Below are positions 7,848-18,128 of a DNA stretch of 32,000 nt, one piece after another (the stretch's first letter is position 1; each line of letters opens with the position of its first letter). The stretch spans positions 60,001 through 92,000 of the forward strand of contig AF083031.2 of the NCBI GenBank assembly GCA_000002975.1. Direction: 5' to 3'. This DNA comes from Guillardia theta nucleomorph (taxonomy: Eukaryota > Protista > Cryptophyta). The position numbers and the translations under genes are program-made. The notes below the pieces were generated by a model. The model was not told where the DNA came from, did no database searches, and worked only from the letters and a program-made list of their open reading frames with translations.

Positions 7848-8867
7848 TTAAATTTTAAAATTAACATCGCTTTTAAAATTTTTAATCACATTCTCAAGAC
7901 AAAGTTCAGATTTGCCTATCAATAGATCAATTGCTCTTTTGAATAAATTTTCAGGAGATGATACACCAGTACTTTCTATTATCAAATTGATTTTGATTTT
8001 GTTTCTTCCGATTTTTATTATACATTTCGATTTAAAATTCATTTTTATGCATTCTTTACAAAATGTACAAAATTTTGAATTTTTGACATAAATTCTGCTT
8101 AGGTTTCCTAATTTTTCCACCTCAAAAACACCAGTAGGGCAAATTTTTAAAAATGAACTAGAATCAAAGGATATTATTTCTTTTAATATTTTTACATAAG
8201 GTTCCATGCGATAGAAAATAGTGCCTACTGGAGAAAATTTAGCATGATTTAAACCTGAATTAATTAAACAGTGACATTCACAATGAATCTCTTGACCAGG
8301 GTTAATTTTTAAAATTAATATATCTCTATATACAGGAAATATAAGTTGGTTTTTGTAAAGATCAAATTCAATACTTTTGTACATCAGATTTAACATTTCA
8401 GAAAAAATAGATATTTTCGTTTTATTATAAATATTATTGTTGATATCTAAATTGATTATAATATTTGGATCATTTTTTGCTCTATTTTCATATATTCTTA
8501 AAAGTTCAGTGCTTATAAAAATTGGAACCAATCCTAATCGATGAGAGATTATTTCATCACCAAAAACAGTTGAATTCTTATAAATATAAACTTTTTCAAT
8601 ACTTAATGTTTTGACATCTGCCATGATTGTTCTACGTATTGAATTAATAATTAAAGATGAAATTCCTTTTAAATTAATTTTACAATCATTCAATGATTTT
8701 TTCTTGTAATTAAGCTCTAAACTATATTTCAAATCTATCGTGCATTCTACATATTGTATTTCATTTTTAGAGCTATTATCTAAACTTTTTTTTCCTTCAT
8801 AAGTTTTTTTTTTATTTCCTTTTTTATTATCTTTCAAGTTATTAATCGTATCAAAAATTTTATACAT
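7848..8867 (-). CDS. rpc40: RNA polymerase I/III subunit AC40 (RPAC1)
   Basis: NSIRRTIMADV, NSTVFGDEIISHRLGLVPI, DILILKINPGQEI and HAKFSPVGT. The ferredoxin-like insert CPTGVF...CTFCKEC keeps four Cys. Confidence 0.95.
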   Translation of the reverse strand: MYKIFDTINNLKDNKKGNKKKTYEGKKSLDNSSKNEIQYVECTIDLKYSLELNYKKKSLNDCKINLKGISSLIINSIRRTIMADVKTLSIEKVYIYKNSTVFGDEIISHRLGLVPIFISTELLRIYENRAKNDPNIIINLDINNNIYNKTKISIFSEMLNLMYKSIEFDLYKNQLIFPVYRDILILKINPGQEIHCECHCLINSGLNHAKFSPVGTIFYRMEPYVKILKEIISFDSSSFLKICPTGVFEVEKLGNLSRIYVKNSKFCTFCKECIKMNFKSKCIIKIGRNKIKINLIIESTGVSSPENLFKRAIDLLIGKSELCLENVIKNFKSDVNFKI

Positions 8868-8923
8868 AATAATTGATATATTTCTATTTTTAATTTTTTT
8901 TTAAAAATTTATAACAGCAATTT

Positions 8924-9367
8924 ATGAGAATTCAATCTAAACTGCGCCTTATAAAAGAATTTAAAGAAATTAAAAAAAATTCTGCGGAAGATTTAATTTG
9001 CTATCCTCTCAAAGAAAATATTTTTATGTGGTGCGCAACCATCATAGGACCTGTAAATAGTCCTTATAGTGGAATTTTAGTCAAAGTTCAAATTAATTTT
9101 TCAGAAAATTATCCATATGATCCTCCTACTATCTACATTAGAAATAGACATATTATTCATCCAAACATTTATAGTAACGGAAAGGTATGCATAGATATAT
9201 TAAATAAAAAATGGAGTCCAGTATATTCTAATATAACTTTATTGTTAAGTTTAAAGATATTGCTTGAATTTCCTAATTCTGATAGTCCTGCAAATTTAAG
9301 AGCGACAAATTTGTTCATTAGAAAAAAAAAATTATACAACAAGTGCAATACTCTGAAAACTTTATAA
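8924..9367 (+). CDS. ubc2: Ubiquitin-conjugating enzyme E2, Rad6/Ubc2-like
   Basis: RLIKEFK, W.A.I.GP..SPY.G, YPYDPP, HPNIYSNGKVCIDIL..KWSPVY (active-site Cys present), PNSDSPAN. Confidence 0.88.
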   Translation: MRIQSKLRLIKEFKEIKKNSAEDLICYPLKENIFMWCATIIGPVNSPYSGILVKVQINFSENYPYDPPTIYIRNRHIIHPNIYSNGKVCIDILNKKWSPVYSNITLLLSLKILLEFPNSDSPANLRATNLFIRKKKLYNKCNTLKTL

Positions 9368-9400
9368 TTGAATAATATTATATTTATCAGTAATTTTATA

Positions 9401-10177
9401 ATGTTAAATAAATCAAATTACCTATGCAACTTTGATGTAATAAATAATCTTAGATTAACGAAATTAAAAAATCATTCATTACAATTCAAAAATTTATCCT
9501 TCAATGGAATTAATTTTATATTATGTATTGGAAACATGCATCAATTTAATTTTATTTTTAAAAATGAAATTTATTCTTTTTTTCCAAAATATTATTTCGA
9601 AGTAGCAATTATTCAAATTTTCTATGATTATTTATTATTATTTCAATTTCCATTAATCAATATCTGCAAAATACCATTGTTAAAATGTATAAATAGTTTA
9701 CATAAAAATTTTTTGTTCGAAGAGACCGCTGATTTTGTTAAAGTAATAATAAACGAAACTCTTCTGAAAAAATGCATTTCCTACCATCCTTCGTTGGCAA
9801 AATGCTGGTTGCATTACACATTAGAAGGAAAGGAAGATTATTTTTTTTGGAAAGAATTTTTTAATTCATGTTATAATTTCATGACTAATTCTAATAACAA
9901 AAAATTTTATGACTTTATGAATTACTACAAAGAATCCAAACAAGACAAAAAAAGAACAAGTTATGAAAAATTTATTATGAAAAATAATATACAAGTTTAT
10001 GCTGGAAAAAACAAAGAAAAATATTTTAGTAGAACTTCAAGTATTCATAAAAAATTGGATAAAGATTTTATAATTAGAAAAAGACATTTTCTCATTTTTA
10101 ATAAAAATAGGAAAAGAAAGATAAATATAATGAGTTTGGGTTTTAAAAAGTTTATTCTTTTGTTTTCGCAATATTAA
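9401..10177 (+). CDS. BSD-domain protein, candidate TFIIH p62/Tfb1
   Basis: The track start at 9368 is a TTG; the first ATG is at 9401. CISYHPSLAKCW...EDYFFWKEFFNS resembles the Tfb1 second BSD domain, IF..YP.V.K.Y......E.EFW.RFF.S. Confidence 0.6.
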   Translation: MLNKSNYLCNFDVINNLRLTKLKNHSLQFKNLSFNGINFILCIGNMHQFNFIFKNEIYSFFPKYYFEVAIIQIFYDYLLLFQFPLINICKIPLLKCINSLHKNFLFEETADFVKVIINETLLKKCISYHPSLAKCWLHYTLEGKEDYFFWKEFFNSCYNFMTNSNNKKFYDFMNYYKESKQDKKRTSYEKFIMKNNIQVYAGKNKEKYFSRTSSIHKKLDKDFIIRKRHFLIFNKNRKRKINIMSLGFKKFILLFSQY

Positions 10178-10202
10178 AAATACTTATAAGAAAAATAATT
10201 AA

Positions 10203-10937
10203 TCAACTATGTATACCTCCAGACTTTACAACTATAAAAAACAGACAAAACATCAATATCGTTATAATACTGAAAGTTATAAAAGGATTCAATAAAAAAT
10301 TCTTTCTGTCTTTTGCCAAATCTCCAAACGGTGAAATTATAAATGGTTTGAAATTATCATATTTACTTATTTTTTGATTACTATTCATATTGGCTTGTAA
10401 ATTTTTACTATTTGAAAAATTAATTTTTTTTCTAGAATTAGAATCTATTTCAGCATTAGTAAGTTCAATATTAAAAATCAGACGTGAGTTAGGAGGAATT
10501 ATAGGAGGTATACCTTTTTTTTTATAGCCATATTCAGGATCGATTGTAATTTCTGCAATTTCTCCAACTTTCATTGATTGTATCCCTATATTCCATCCTT
10601 TAATTACTTTGTCTTCACCTAAAATGAACATATAAGGTTCGTCTCTAATTATTGAAGAATCAAAAATTTGTCCATTTTCAAGTTTTCCTTCATAATTAAT
10701 TTTTACAATCATTCCTTCATTTACCAAGTCTCCAGATCCCTGCTTAAAGATTTTTTTTTTTACACCTTTATCATTAGTTAGATTGATAATTTCAGATTCT
10801 TTGTTTAATGCTTGGATATATGTTAGCTTATTTTTATTAGATACTCTCGAATTTTTTTGAGAATAAATAGAATTTAGTTTACGATTTTTAGTTGTGTATT
10901 TAAAAATTAAAAACGAGTTAACAAAAGCTTTAATCAT
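10203..10937 (-). CDS. fkbp: FKBP-type peptidyl-prolyl isomerase with N-terminal extension and C-terminal TM anchor
   Basis: YEGKLENGQIFDSS, F.LG...VIKGW..G...MKVGE, PEYGY...G.PP.IPPNS.L.F.IEL. The track start at 10958 is a TTG; the ATG at 10937 gives MIKAFVNSF. Confidence 0.93.
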   Translation of the reverse strand: MIKAFVNSFLIFKYTTKNRKLNSIYSQKNSRVSNKNKLTYIQALNKESEIINLTNDKGVKKKIFKQGSGDLVNEGMIVKINYEGKLENGQIFDSSIIRDEPYMFILGEDKVIKGWNIGIQSMKVGEIAEITIDPEYGYKKKGIPPIIPPNSRLIFNIELTNAEIDSNSRKKINFSNSKNLQANMNSNQKISKYDNFKPFIISPFGDLAKDRKNFLLNPFITFSIITILMFCLFFIVVKSGGIHS

Positions 10938-10962
10938 ATTAATAGTTTTATTAAACAACTGT

Positions 10963-11634
10963 CTATATTAGAGTTTTTAAAAATATGCAATTAAATAATG
11001 TAGTAAAACTTTTATTTTTTTTATCAATTAGAAAATTGTAAAATAGTGATTTATTAAAAACACATTTTAAATTAATTTTTGAAGTTTTAATTAAATTATA
11101 AAAGCTCTTTTTAGAATTTAATTTACAGAAATTAGGATTCTTTTTTGTTATCGAAACTGTGTTAAAAAGATTTAACTTCTTATAAATATACGTTTTATCT
11201 AACCTAAAAAACTTCAAAAAATTACACTCGATATCCTTGGTGTCATAAAATTTAATTTTCTGAAAAAAATTTGATGCCAATTTAATGTTAGGAAATCTAA
11301 TCATTACATTTTCAACATCATTGGAACTTTTTTTTTTTTTTATATAATATAAAATTATTTTTTTTCCTAAATTTTTTTTTTTTGAACTTGTTGACAGCAA
11401 ATTAAAAATTATGAAACGTAATAATCTAGACGTTTTATGATAAAACTTATTTTTTAAATTTATACTTTTATTAAATAAAATTATAATATTAGTATATTTT
11501 CCTATGTATTTGACTGATTCTTTAGAGAAAAACGTTTTGCTCTTATAAAAATTCAACTTATCAATTGCCTTTTTCTCTTTGAGCTTTTTATTCTTTAAAT
11601 TAAATTTTATTTTCCTATAAAAATTTATTTTCAT
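10963..11634 (-). CDS. Hypothetical basic protein, 223 aa
   Basis: Long ORF that tiles the gap. No confident motif. Confidence 0.65.
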   Translation of the reverse strand: MKINFYRKIKFNLKNKKLKEKKAIDKLNFYKSKTFFSKESVKYIGKYTNIIILFNKSINLKNKFYHKTSRLLRFIIFNLLSTSSKKKNLGKKIILYYIKKKKSSNDVENVMIRFPNIKLASNFFQKIKFYDTKDIECNFLKFFRLDKTYIYKKLNLFNTVSITKKNPNFCKLNSKKSFYNLIKTSKINLKCVFNKSLFYNFLIDKKNKSFTTLFNCIFLKTLI

Positions 11635-11658
11635 ATATCATTAAACGTAACTAATTTA

Positions 11659-12798
11659 TTACAATACATAAATTAAAAAATTTTTTGTGTCATAATTAAA
11701 ATAAATATTATACTCATTTATGTAAAAAAGCCAATGGTAGAAATCTATTAAATCAATGCCGATTAGTTTTGATAAATTTACAAATTTTAAAAGCATCTTA
11801 TTCCTTTTCAGTTTCCCAAAAAATTTTTCAATTAACTTACATTTAAAAAGAACTTTTAACGATCTTAATGACAACTTTGTGAAAAGATAATTAGTATTGA
11901 TCTCTTCGGAGTATTTTTTGAAAGCATTCCATGTCAATAAAAAAGATTTTTTTGTTAGATAAGACGTTCTATATAATAATTTATAAGGATTGATCTTCAA
12001 ATTAAAGTGTAATTTTACTAATTTAAATAGTCTAGGAGAAGGTAAATCGCTAAAATCCAAAAAAATTTTTGAAATAATAAACTCTAATGTTTTTTTTCCT
12101 TCATTAATTTTGTTATTTAAAAAACTTATATATATAAAAAAATACATTTTTGAAATCTGTAAAAAATTTTTTTCAATAATATATATTAATATCAAAGATT
12201 CAATTATTGCAATTTTTGAAAAAATTGAGATATTTGACCAGGACTCTTTAATCATAAATATTTTATTGAGATAAAAGCATGTTCTGAAATAATTTTTCAG
12301 ATCAATGAATAATCTAGTTAAATAAATTTCTATTTCAATATTTCTTGAAACCATGATATTTTTTTCACAATATTCAATAGTTTTTTTGGAATTATTTAAA
12401 TTTCCTACAGATTCATTTAAAGATGTTGAAATTAAACAACATCTAACATTATGATTTGAAAACGAAATATTGTTATTGTAAAGAAAAATTTTATTCGAGA
12501 AAAAAAGAATTAGATCGTCAAATAAAAAATTCTTCTTTTCCTCAAAAAAATTGTTGTATTTAAGACTAGTAATCTCATCAAAGGATTGTCTCACTAAAGT
12601 CATATAAAACAACAGCTCTTGGAAATGCATAGGGCTCGTGATTTCTAATAATTCGCTTAAAATAATATAATTTAAAACTTCTAATAATTCAATTGAAAAT
12701 TTTTTTCTAACCAAATTAATTTTTTTTTTAAAAATATCTATAAGTTTACAATTTTCATATTTGATAAACTTTAGCTCTAGGCTAGAATTAATTGTCAT
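11659..12798 (-). CDS. PCI-domain protein, candidate proteasome lid subunit Rpn5/PSMD12
   Basis: [20 protein letters not shown] ~ [33 protein letters not shown] ~ SYLSICKHYRAIY, and a C-terminal winged-helix-like [13 protein letters not shown]. Confidence 0.62.
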   Translation of the reverse strand: [379 protein letters not shown]

Positions 12799-12886
12799 AA
12801 TATTTATGAATTATTTAAAATGTGATTTTATTAATATTAAATATTTCAATCATAATATTTAAGAATTTCATAGAAATTTAAAATTA

Positions 12887-14764
12887 TTAAAAGTGTTTGT
12901 GTAAATTAAATCTGCATTTAAAATTACAGTTATTGAATTTCAATTTTGTCTTAAAAATAAATTTTTTTATTTTTGAAATAGAATTTATAATTTTTTTATA
13001 CTTATCCAATAGATTAATTATAAAATATTTGTAATCATTAAAAATATTATGAGATTTATTACAGAAGAATTTTAAATAATCTTTGTTAATAATATGACAT
13101 AATGTAAAATACTTCATGTTGAATTCATGAAGCAAAAAATAATTCTTATTTGAAAAAAGATAATCATTTTTCATGTTTAAATACTCATTAGTGTTTTCTA
13201 TTTTTAAATTAAAATCCGAAATATTAATAGATAGATTTTTTTTATTCAAATAATAAATATTATTTATTGAATTATAAACTGAATTATCCATCAAAACATT
13301 AAATTTTTTAGATCTTATTTTTTTCAGTTCGTAAAAAGTATATAATGATAAAATGCTACAACTACAAAAAAGCAATAAAAGTTTTTTACTAGGTAAAATG
13401 TCGAATTCTTTTATTATACAATTATTACCATGAAAGATACTATGATTTGTGAAAAGAATTAAATCTAAAATCTTTGAATATTTAAATAAATAAATAGAGT
13501 TATCTTCATATACTACCACAAACGTCTTAATTATTTTATAAAATTTAAAAGAAACAATTTTTTTTGTTACATTTGAATATATATTTTTTTTTATTATTAA
13601 ATTCTGTAAGTATTGATTTTTACCAAAAAAAAAAATTGGCTGAGTAAAATTATAAAAGATAAATACAAACATATATGAATCTTTTTGTTTAGATAGAATT
13701 TGACAATAAAAATTTTTTAATATTAAATTATTTTTATTAAGTAACGTTTTTATTTTTCTTAAAATATTGAGAAGAAAATTTCTAAAATTATTCTTGAATT
13801 TTTTGTGATGATGGTTAAAATACATTTTCATTAGGAAATTACAATTTTGATTGTTTTTTTTTAAATAAAAAGAAATTGTCTGGTTGTTATAAATTTTTGA
13901 TTTTAAAAATTTTTGTTTAATTTTTATAAATAATTCTGCAATCAACTTTTTTTCAGAAAAAATATTTTTGCATAATTTTTTACTTGTTATCGAAACTACT
14001 GCTGTTTTTTTGCAAAATAAAATAATTGAAATAAAAAATTTTTTGCTCATTAATAGAATCTTACTATCGATTAAATTTCTGCTCAAAATTTTTTGAGTTG
14101 AAAATTGAAATATAAAACTGTTATAAAACAATAAATAGTTAGTTTTTGGTTTAAATTTTTTTGCTAATATTTTAAAATTTCCATTTTTTTTCTTTTTTCC
14201 AATGCACAAATAATTCAGTATTGAAAATAAAAAATTATTTTCATTTAGAAAATGAAATTTTTCTCTCCCATTGTTGTTTTTTATGATGATAGTGAATAAG
14301 ATTGAATTTGTATTTAGATCAATAAATTCAAAAATATTTTTGATTTTAGAAATAATAAGAAGATTACATGACTCTTCTCTATATAAAAAATTTATATCTA
14401 TTACATCTTTATTATAAAAAAACACATATCTTATTTTTAGAGAGGAAGGATCGTAGTGAAATATTTTACTATTTTTGTACCAGATTATTAGATTCGTTTT
14501 ATCTAATAATACTTTGTTTATATCGAATTTATTTATTTTTATTCTACAAATAGGAATTAGCTTAAAAAAAATTAACAAACAATTTCCATAAAAAATATAA
14601 ATTTTAGATTCTATAAATTTAATATCTATAAATTTTTTTTTGAGGTAAAAAATATCAATTTTCTTCACATTAAATAGATATTTTTTAGATTCGTTAAAAA
14701 AAAAGTTTTGGAAAAAAATTTCATTTTTTTTTTTTATTATTAAATAATTTTTGTAGTTTCTCAT
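12887..14764 (-). CDS. Degenerate WD40-repeat protein, candidate Utp21/WDR36
   Basis: FVVVYEDNSIYLF followed by FHGNNCIIKEFDILPSKKLL resembles Utp21 FALALDDLSIVVI...F.GH.N.IT..DFSP.GRWI (recalled). Beta-strand-rich throughout. Confidence 0.55.
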   Translation of the reverse strand: MRNYKNYLIIKKKNEIFFQNFFFNESKKYLFNVKKIDIFYLKKKFIDIKFIESKIYIFYGNCLLIFFKLIPICRIKINKFDINKVLLDKTNLIIWYKNSKIFHYDPSSLKIRYVFFYNKDVIDINFLYREESCNLLIISKIKNIFEFIDLNTNSILFTIIIKNNNGREKFHFLNENNFLFSILNYLCIGKKKKNGNFKILAKKFKPKTNYLLFYNSFIFQFSTQKILSRNLIDSKILLMSKKFFISIILFCKKTAVVSITSKKLCKNIFSEKKLIAELFIKIKQKFLKSKIYNNQTISFYLKKNNQNCNFLMKMYFNHHHKKFKNNFRNFLLNILRKIKTLLNKNNLILKNFYCQILSKQKDSYMFVFIFYNFTQPIFFFGKNQYLQNLIIKKNIYSNVTKKIVSFKFYKIIKTFVVVYEDNSIYLFKYSKILDLILFTNHSIFHGNNCIIKEFDILPSKKLLLLFCSCSILSLYTFYELKKIRSKKFNVLMDNSVYNSINNIYYLNKKNLSINISDFNLKIENTNEYLNMKNDYLFSNKNYFLLHEFNMKYFTLCHIINKDYLKFFCNKSHNIFNDYKYFIINLLDKYKKIINSISKIKKFIFKTKLKFNNCNFKCRFNLHKHF

Positions 14765-14798
14765 TTGATAACAATAAAACTTCTATAACTGAACTATA

Positions 14799-17700
14799 AT
14801 GAATTTTAATTGCATTAAGCGTTTACAATCTCTACTGAAAATTCATTTGAATTCTTATAACCAAATTATATCACAAGGCTTTTATTTTTTGAGGCAAAAA
14901 TATTTTATTACAAAAAATTTCAAAGAATATAATTCATTTAAAGGACTAACTTCAATTGATTTTTATTTATCAAATCCAATCTATCAATTTGGAACTTTGA
15001 TACATAAGATATTACCAAGGCAAAGCAAAGAACTTAAAATAACATATCAAGGTGAATTTATAATAAGTATAAACATTCAAAATAATGAAAAAAATTTTAA
15101 TTTGGTTTACAAAGAAGGAGATTTTCCTATTATGATAAAAAGTTTAAAATGTAATTTGTTTGGATTAAAACCACATCAGCTAACTGAAATTGATGAAGAA
15201 GAATTCGAAAATGGAGGATATTTTATAACAAATGGAACAGAAAAACTTATAAGATTAATTATTGTTCCAAGAAGAAATTATATTTTTACGTCCTCAAAAA
15301 TTTCAAATACTCTCAGAGGTAAAAATTTTAGTTCATTTGCCTGTTCTATCAGATGTGTCAACAGATATGGATTATCTCGTACTTTCCATTTGCACTATCT
15401 TACTAATGGAAGCATATTATGTAGATTTATCATCAGAAATCAAGAATTTTTTTTTCCAGTAGTCATTATATTAAAAGCGATAAAAGATGTATCAGATACT
15501 GAAATTTTCAAAGATATTACAAATAATCTACATGATAATAATATGTTTAAAGAAGTTGCAATTAAACTAATCTCAGACTCGTATAATTATATTAAAAGTA
15601 ATTTTAGAGATAACTACCTTGAATATATAGGAAAATTATTTAAAATATTCGAAAAGAAAATTCATTTAAATAATCTTGAAACTGGAAAAAATTTAATTGA
15701 AAACAATTTATTTATTCATGTTGAAAACGACATGAATCAAAAATATTTATTACTGATTTATATGATTCAAAAACTTATCAAATCAAGAATGGGTTTGAAT
15801 CTTGGTGAAAATCCTGATTCGATAGAATTTCAAGAAATACTTTTATCTGGTAACCTCATTGGGTCAATATTAGAAAAAAAATTATCAGCAAATTTTGATT
15901 TAATCAAAATTGATGAATTTATGAACATTGAAAACTCACCCATTCGAAAAACAAAATTAATAATGAAAGTGTTCTCAAATTTTTCAGTAGGTATAAGATA
16001 TCTGATATCATCTGGGAATGTACCATTGATAGTAAATTTTGAAATTCCTCAAACAAGTGGATTTAATATATCCATAGAAAGAAATAATTATTCAAGATTT
16101 CTATCTTTTTTTAGAAGCATCCATAGGGGTAAATATTTTACAACTCTTAAAACTACCTCAGGTAGAAAACTTATGCCATCTAACTGGGGATATCTATGTC
16201 CTATACATACACCAGACGGTTCTTTATGTGGAATATTAAATCATTTAACTATTTCTTCTATCACATCAGTTGTTAATCCGATCGAGAGAATAAATTTTTT
16301 GAAATATTTTAAAAAGCACAAAACTATTTTTGATAGATTATCTTTTAAAAATAGAACTTCTATAATTTTGCTTGATGGAAAGATCATTGGTTTTTCTACT
16401 GAAATTTTTTTAAAATGGTTTACTGATAAAATAAGATGCGAAAAGGTTTCTGATTTTGGAATTTTTTCAAACTCAATCGAAATTGTTTGCTTAAAAAATG
16501 AAAACATACTTAATTTATTTGAACTTAAAATATATTCAAGTGAGGCAAGACTTCTTAGACCTGTTAGGTGGAATTCGTTTAATTCCAATTTTAACAAAAC
16601 TAATAGTAAAAATGAAAGTTCTTTTACATATAATTTTCATACAATTGAACTAATAGGATCACTTGAACAATCTTATCTTAATATTCATCAATCAATTTTT
16701 ACTAAAAAAGGAGAGATTTGTTTACTATACACTCATTATGAAATTGATAATTTAAATATTTTTTCAATTGTACCCGGATGCACTCCTTTTTTTGATATGA
16801 ATCAATCGCCAAGAAATATGTATCAGTGTCAAATGGCAAAACAATCTATAGGAATTCCTTTTCATAATATCTGGAGAAAAATGGATTCTAAAATTTATTT
16901 TTTATTTTCAGTTCAGATTCCGATATGTAGAAATAAAATTAATCAAGATGGTTTAGGTTTAGACAATTTCATTAATGGCTTCAATGCAGTTGTAGGAGTT
17001 CTATCTTACTCAAGTTTTGATATGGAAGATGCTGTTGTGTTCAATAAATCATCCATAGAAAGAGGACTAGGAATGTCTTATATTTATAATACTTCGAATT
17101 TTGATGTTAATTTATCTATGATAAAAAATTTAAACAAAAACTATTCAACCTTGCATTATAATTGTTTAGATGGAATATGTAATGTTGGTAATGCTCTCAA
17201 AAAAAAAGATATTATTCTTTTAAATAATAAATTAGTAAATAATAAATTAGTAAGAGAAACGACGATTAATTATAATAATGATGAAATTGCTTCAGTTGAT
17301 TGTGTTAAAATTTTAAAAAATTATTCAAAAATACAAAGTAAGCATAATGTTATGATAAGACTAAAATCAAAAAGGAAACCAATTGAAGGTGATAAATTTG
17401 CATCGAGACATGGTCAAAAAGGTATATTATCATTTAAATATGAAGTTGAAAATTTACCTTTCTCTGAAACTGGAATTATACCTGATATTTTATTCAATCC
17501 TCATGGTTTCCCTTCTAGAATGACTATAGGAATGGTGATTGAAAGTTTATCAGGTAAATCAGGAGCTTTAAATGGAAACTTTAATGATTCTTCTCCTTTC
17601 ACTAGTTTTTTAAATTGTAATAAGTCATACATATTCGGAGAATTCCTGAGAGAGAATGGTTTTGAATTTTATGGTAAAGAAATGTTTTATTCAGGTTTTG

Positions 17701-18128
17701 TTGGATTGCCACTTCAAACTGATGTTTTCGTTGGGGTAATTCATTATCAGCGATTAAAACACATGATTTTAGACAAATTTCAAGTTTCAAATAATAGTGC
17801 AAGAAATCATCTTACGAGACAACCTATTAAAGGAAGAAAATTAGGAGGATCTATAAGATTGGGTGAGATGGAAAGAGATGCATTATTAGGACATGGGTGT
17901 ATATTTCTTTTGCATGAAAAAATGCAAAAGTCAAGCGATCTACATGGGGTCTTTATAGAAAATACAAATTCCGACATAAAAGACTTATTTTTTAACAAAT
18001 ATAATTACAACTCTAAATTTCTATCAACTATTAAAAGTTATCCTAGAAAGATATTTGTACCTTATGTACTTAGATATTTAATTTGTGAATTGTCTGTTCT
18101 TAATCTCAACTTAAATATATTTTTGTAG
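14799..18128 (+). CDS. rpa2: RNA polymerase I second-largest subunit
   Basis: GGYFITNGTEKLIR..I.PRRN, FRSIHRG, WGYLCPIHTPDGSLCG, NQSPRNMYQCQM, GDKFASRHGQKG, FNPHGFPSRMTIG, RLGEMERD. Confidence 0.98.
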   Translation: MNFNCIKRLQSLLKIHLNSYNQIISQGFYFLRQKYFITKNFKEYNSFKGLTSIDFYLSNPIYQFGTLIHKILPRQSKELKITYQGEFIISINIQNNEKNFNLVYKEGDFPIMIKSLKCNLFGLKPHQLTEIDEEEFENGGYFITNGTEKLIRLIIVPRRNYIFTSSKISNTLRGKNFSSFACSIRCVNRYGLSRTFHLHYLTNGSILCRFIIRNQEFFFPVVIILKAIKDVSDTEIFKDITNNLHDNNMFKEVAIKLISDSYNYIKSNFRDNYLEYIGKLFKIFEKKIHLNNLETGKNLIENNLFIHVENDMNQKYLLLIYMIQKLIKSRMGLNLGENPDSIEFQEILLSGNLIGSILEKKLSANFDLIKIDEFMNIENSPIRKTKLIMKVFSNFSVGIRYLISSGNVPLIVNFEIPQTSGFNISIERNNYSRFLSFFRSIHRGKYFTTLKTTSGRKLMPSNWGYLCPIHTPDGSLCGILNHLTISSITSVVNPIERINFLKYFKKHKTIFDRLSFKNRTSIILLDGKIIGFSTEIFLKWFTDKIRCEKVSDFGIFSNSIEIVCLKNENILNLFELKIYSSEARLLRPVRWNSFNSNFNKTNSKNESSFTYNFHTIELIGSLEQSYLNIHQSIFTKKGEICLLYTHYEIDNLNIFSIVPGCTPFFDMNQSPRNMYQCQMAKQSIGIPFHNIWRKMDSKIYFLFSVQIPICRNKINQDGLGLDNFINGFNAVVGVLSYSSFDMEDAVVFNKSSIERGLGMSYIYNTSNFDVNLSMIKNLNKNYSTLHYNCLDGICNVGNALKKKDIILLNNKLVNNKLVRETTINYNNDEIASVDCVKILKNYSKIQSKHNVMIRLKSKRKPIEGDKFASRHGQKGILSFKYEVENLPFSETGIIPDILFNPHGFPSRMTIGMVIESLSGKSGALNGNFNDSSPFTSFLNCNKSYIFGEFLRENGFEFYGKEMFYSGFVGLPLQTDVFVGVIHYQRLKHMILDKFQVSNNSARNHLTRQPIKGRKLGGSIRLGEMERDALLGHGCIFLLHEKMQKSSDLHGVFIENTNSDIKDLFFNKYNYNSKFLSTIKSYPRKIFVPYVLRYLICELSVLNLNLNIFL

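Noticed and set aside
10963-11634. Possible RRM/Esf1-like segment (VMIRFPNIKLASNFF)
   Set aside because: One weak motif in low-complexity sequence is too little to assign.
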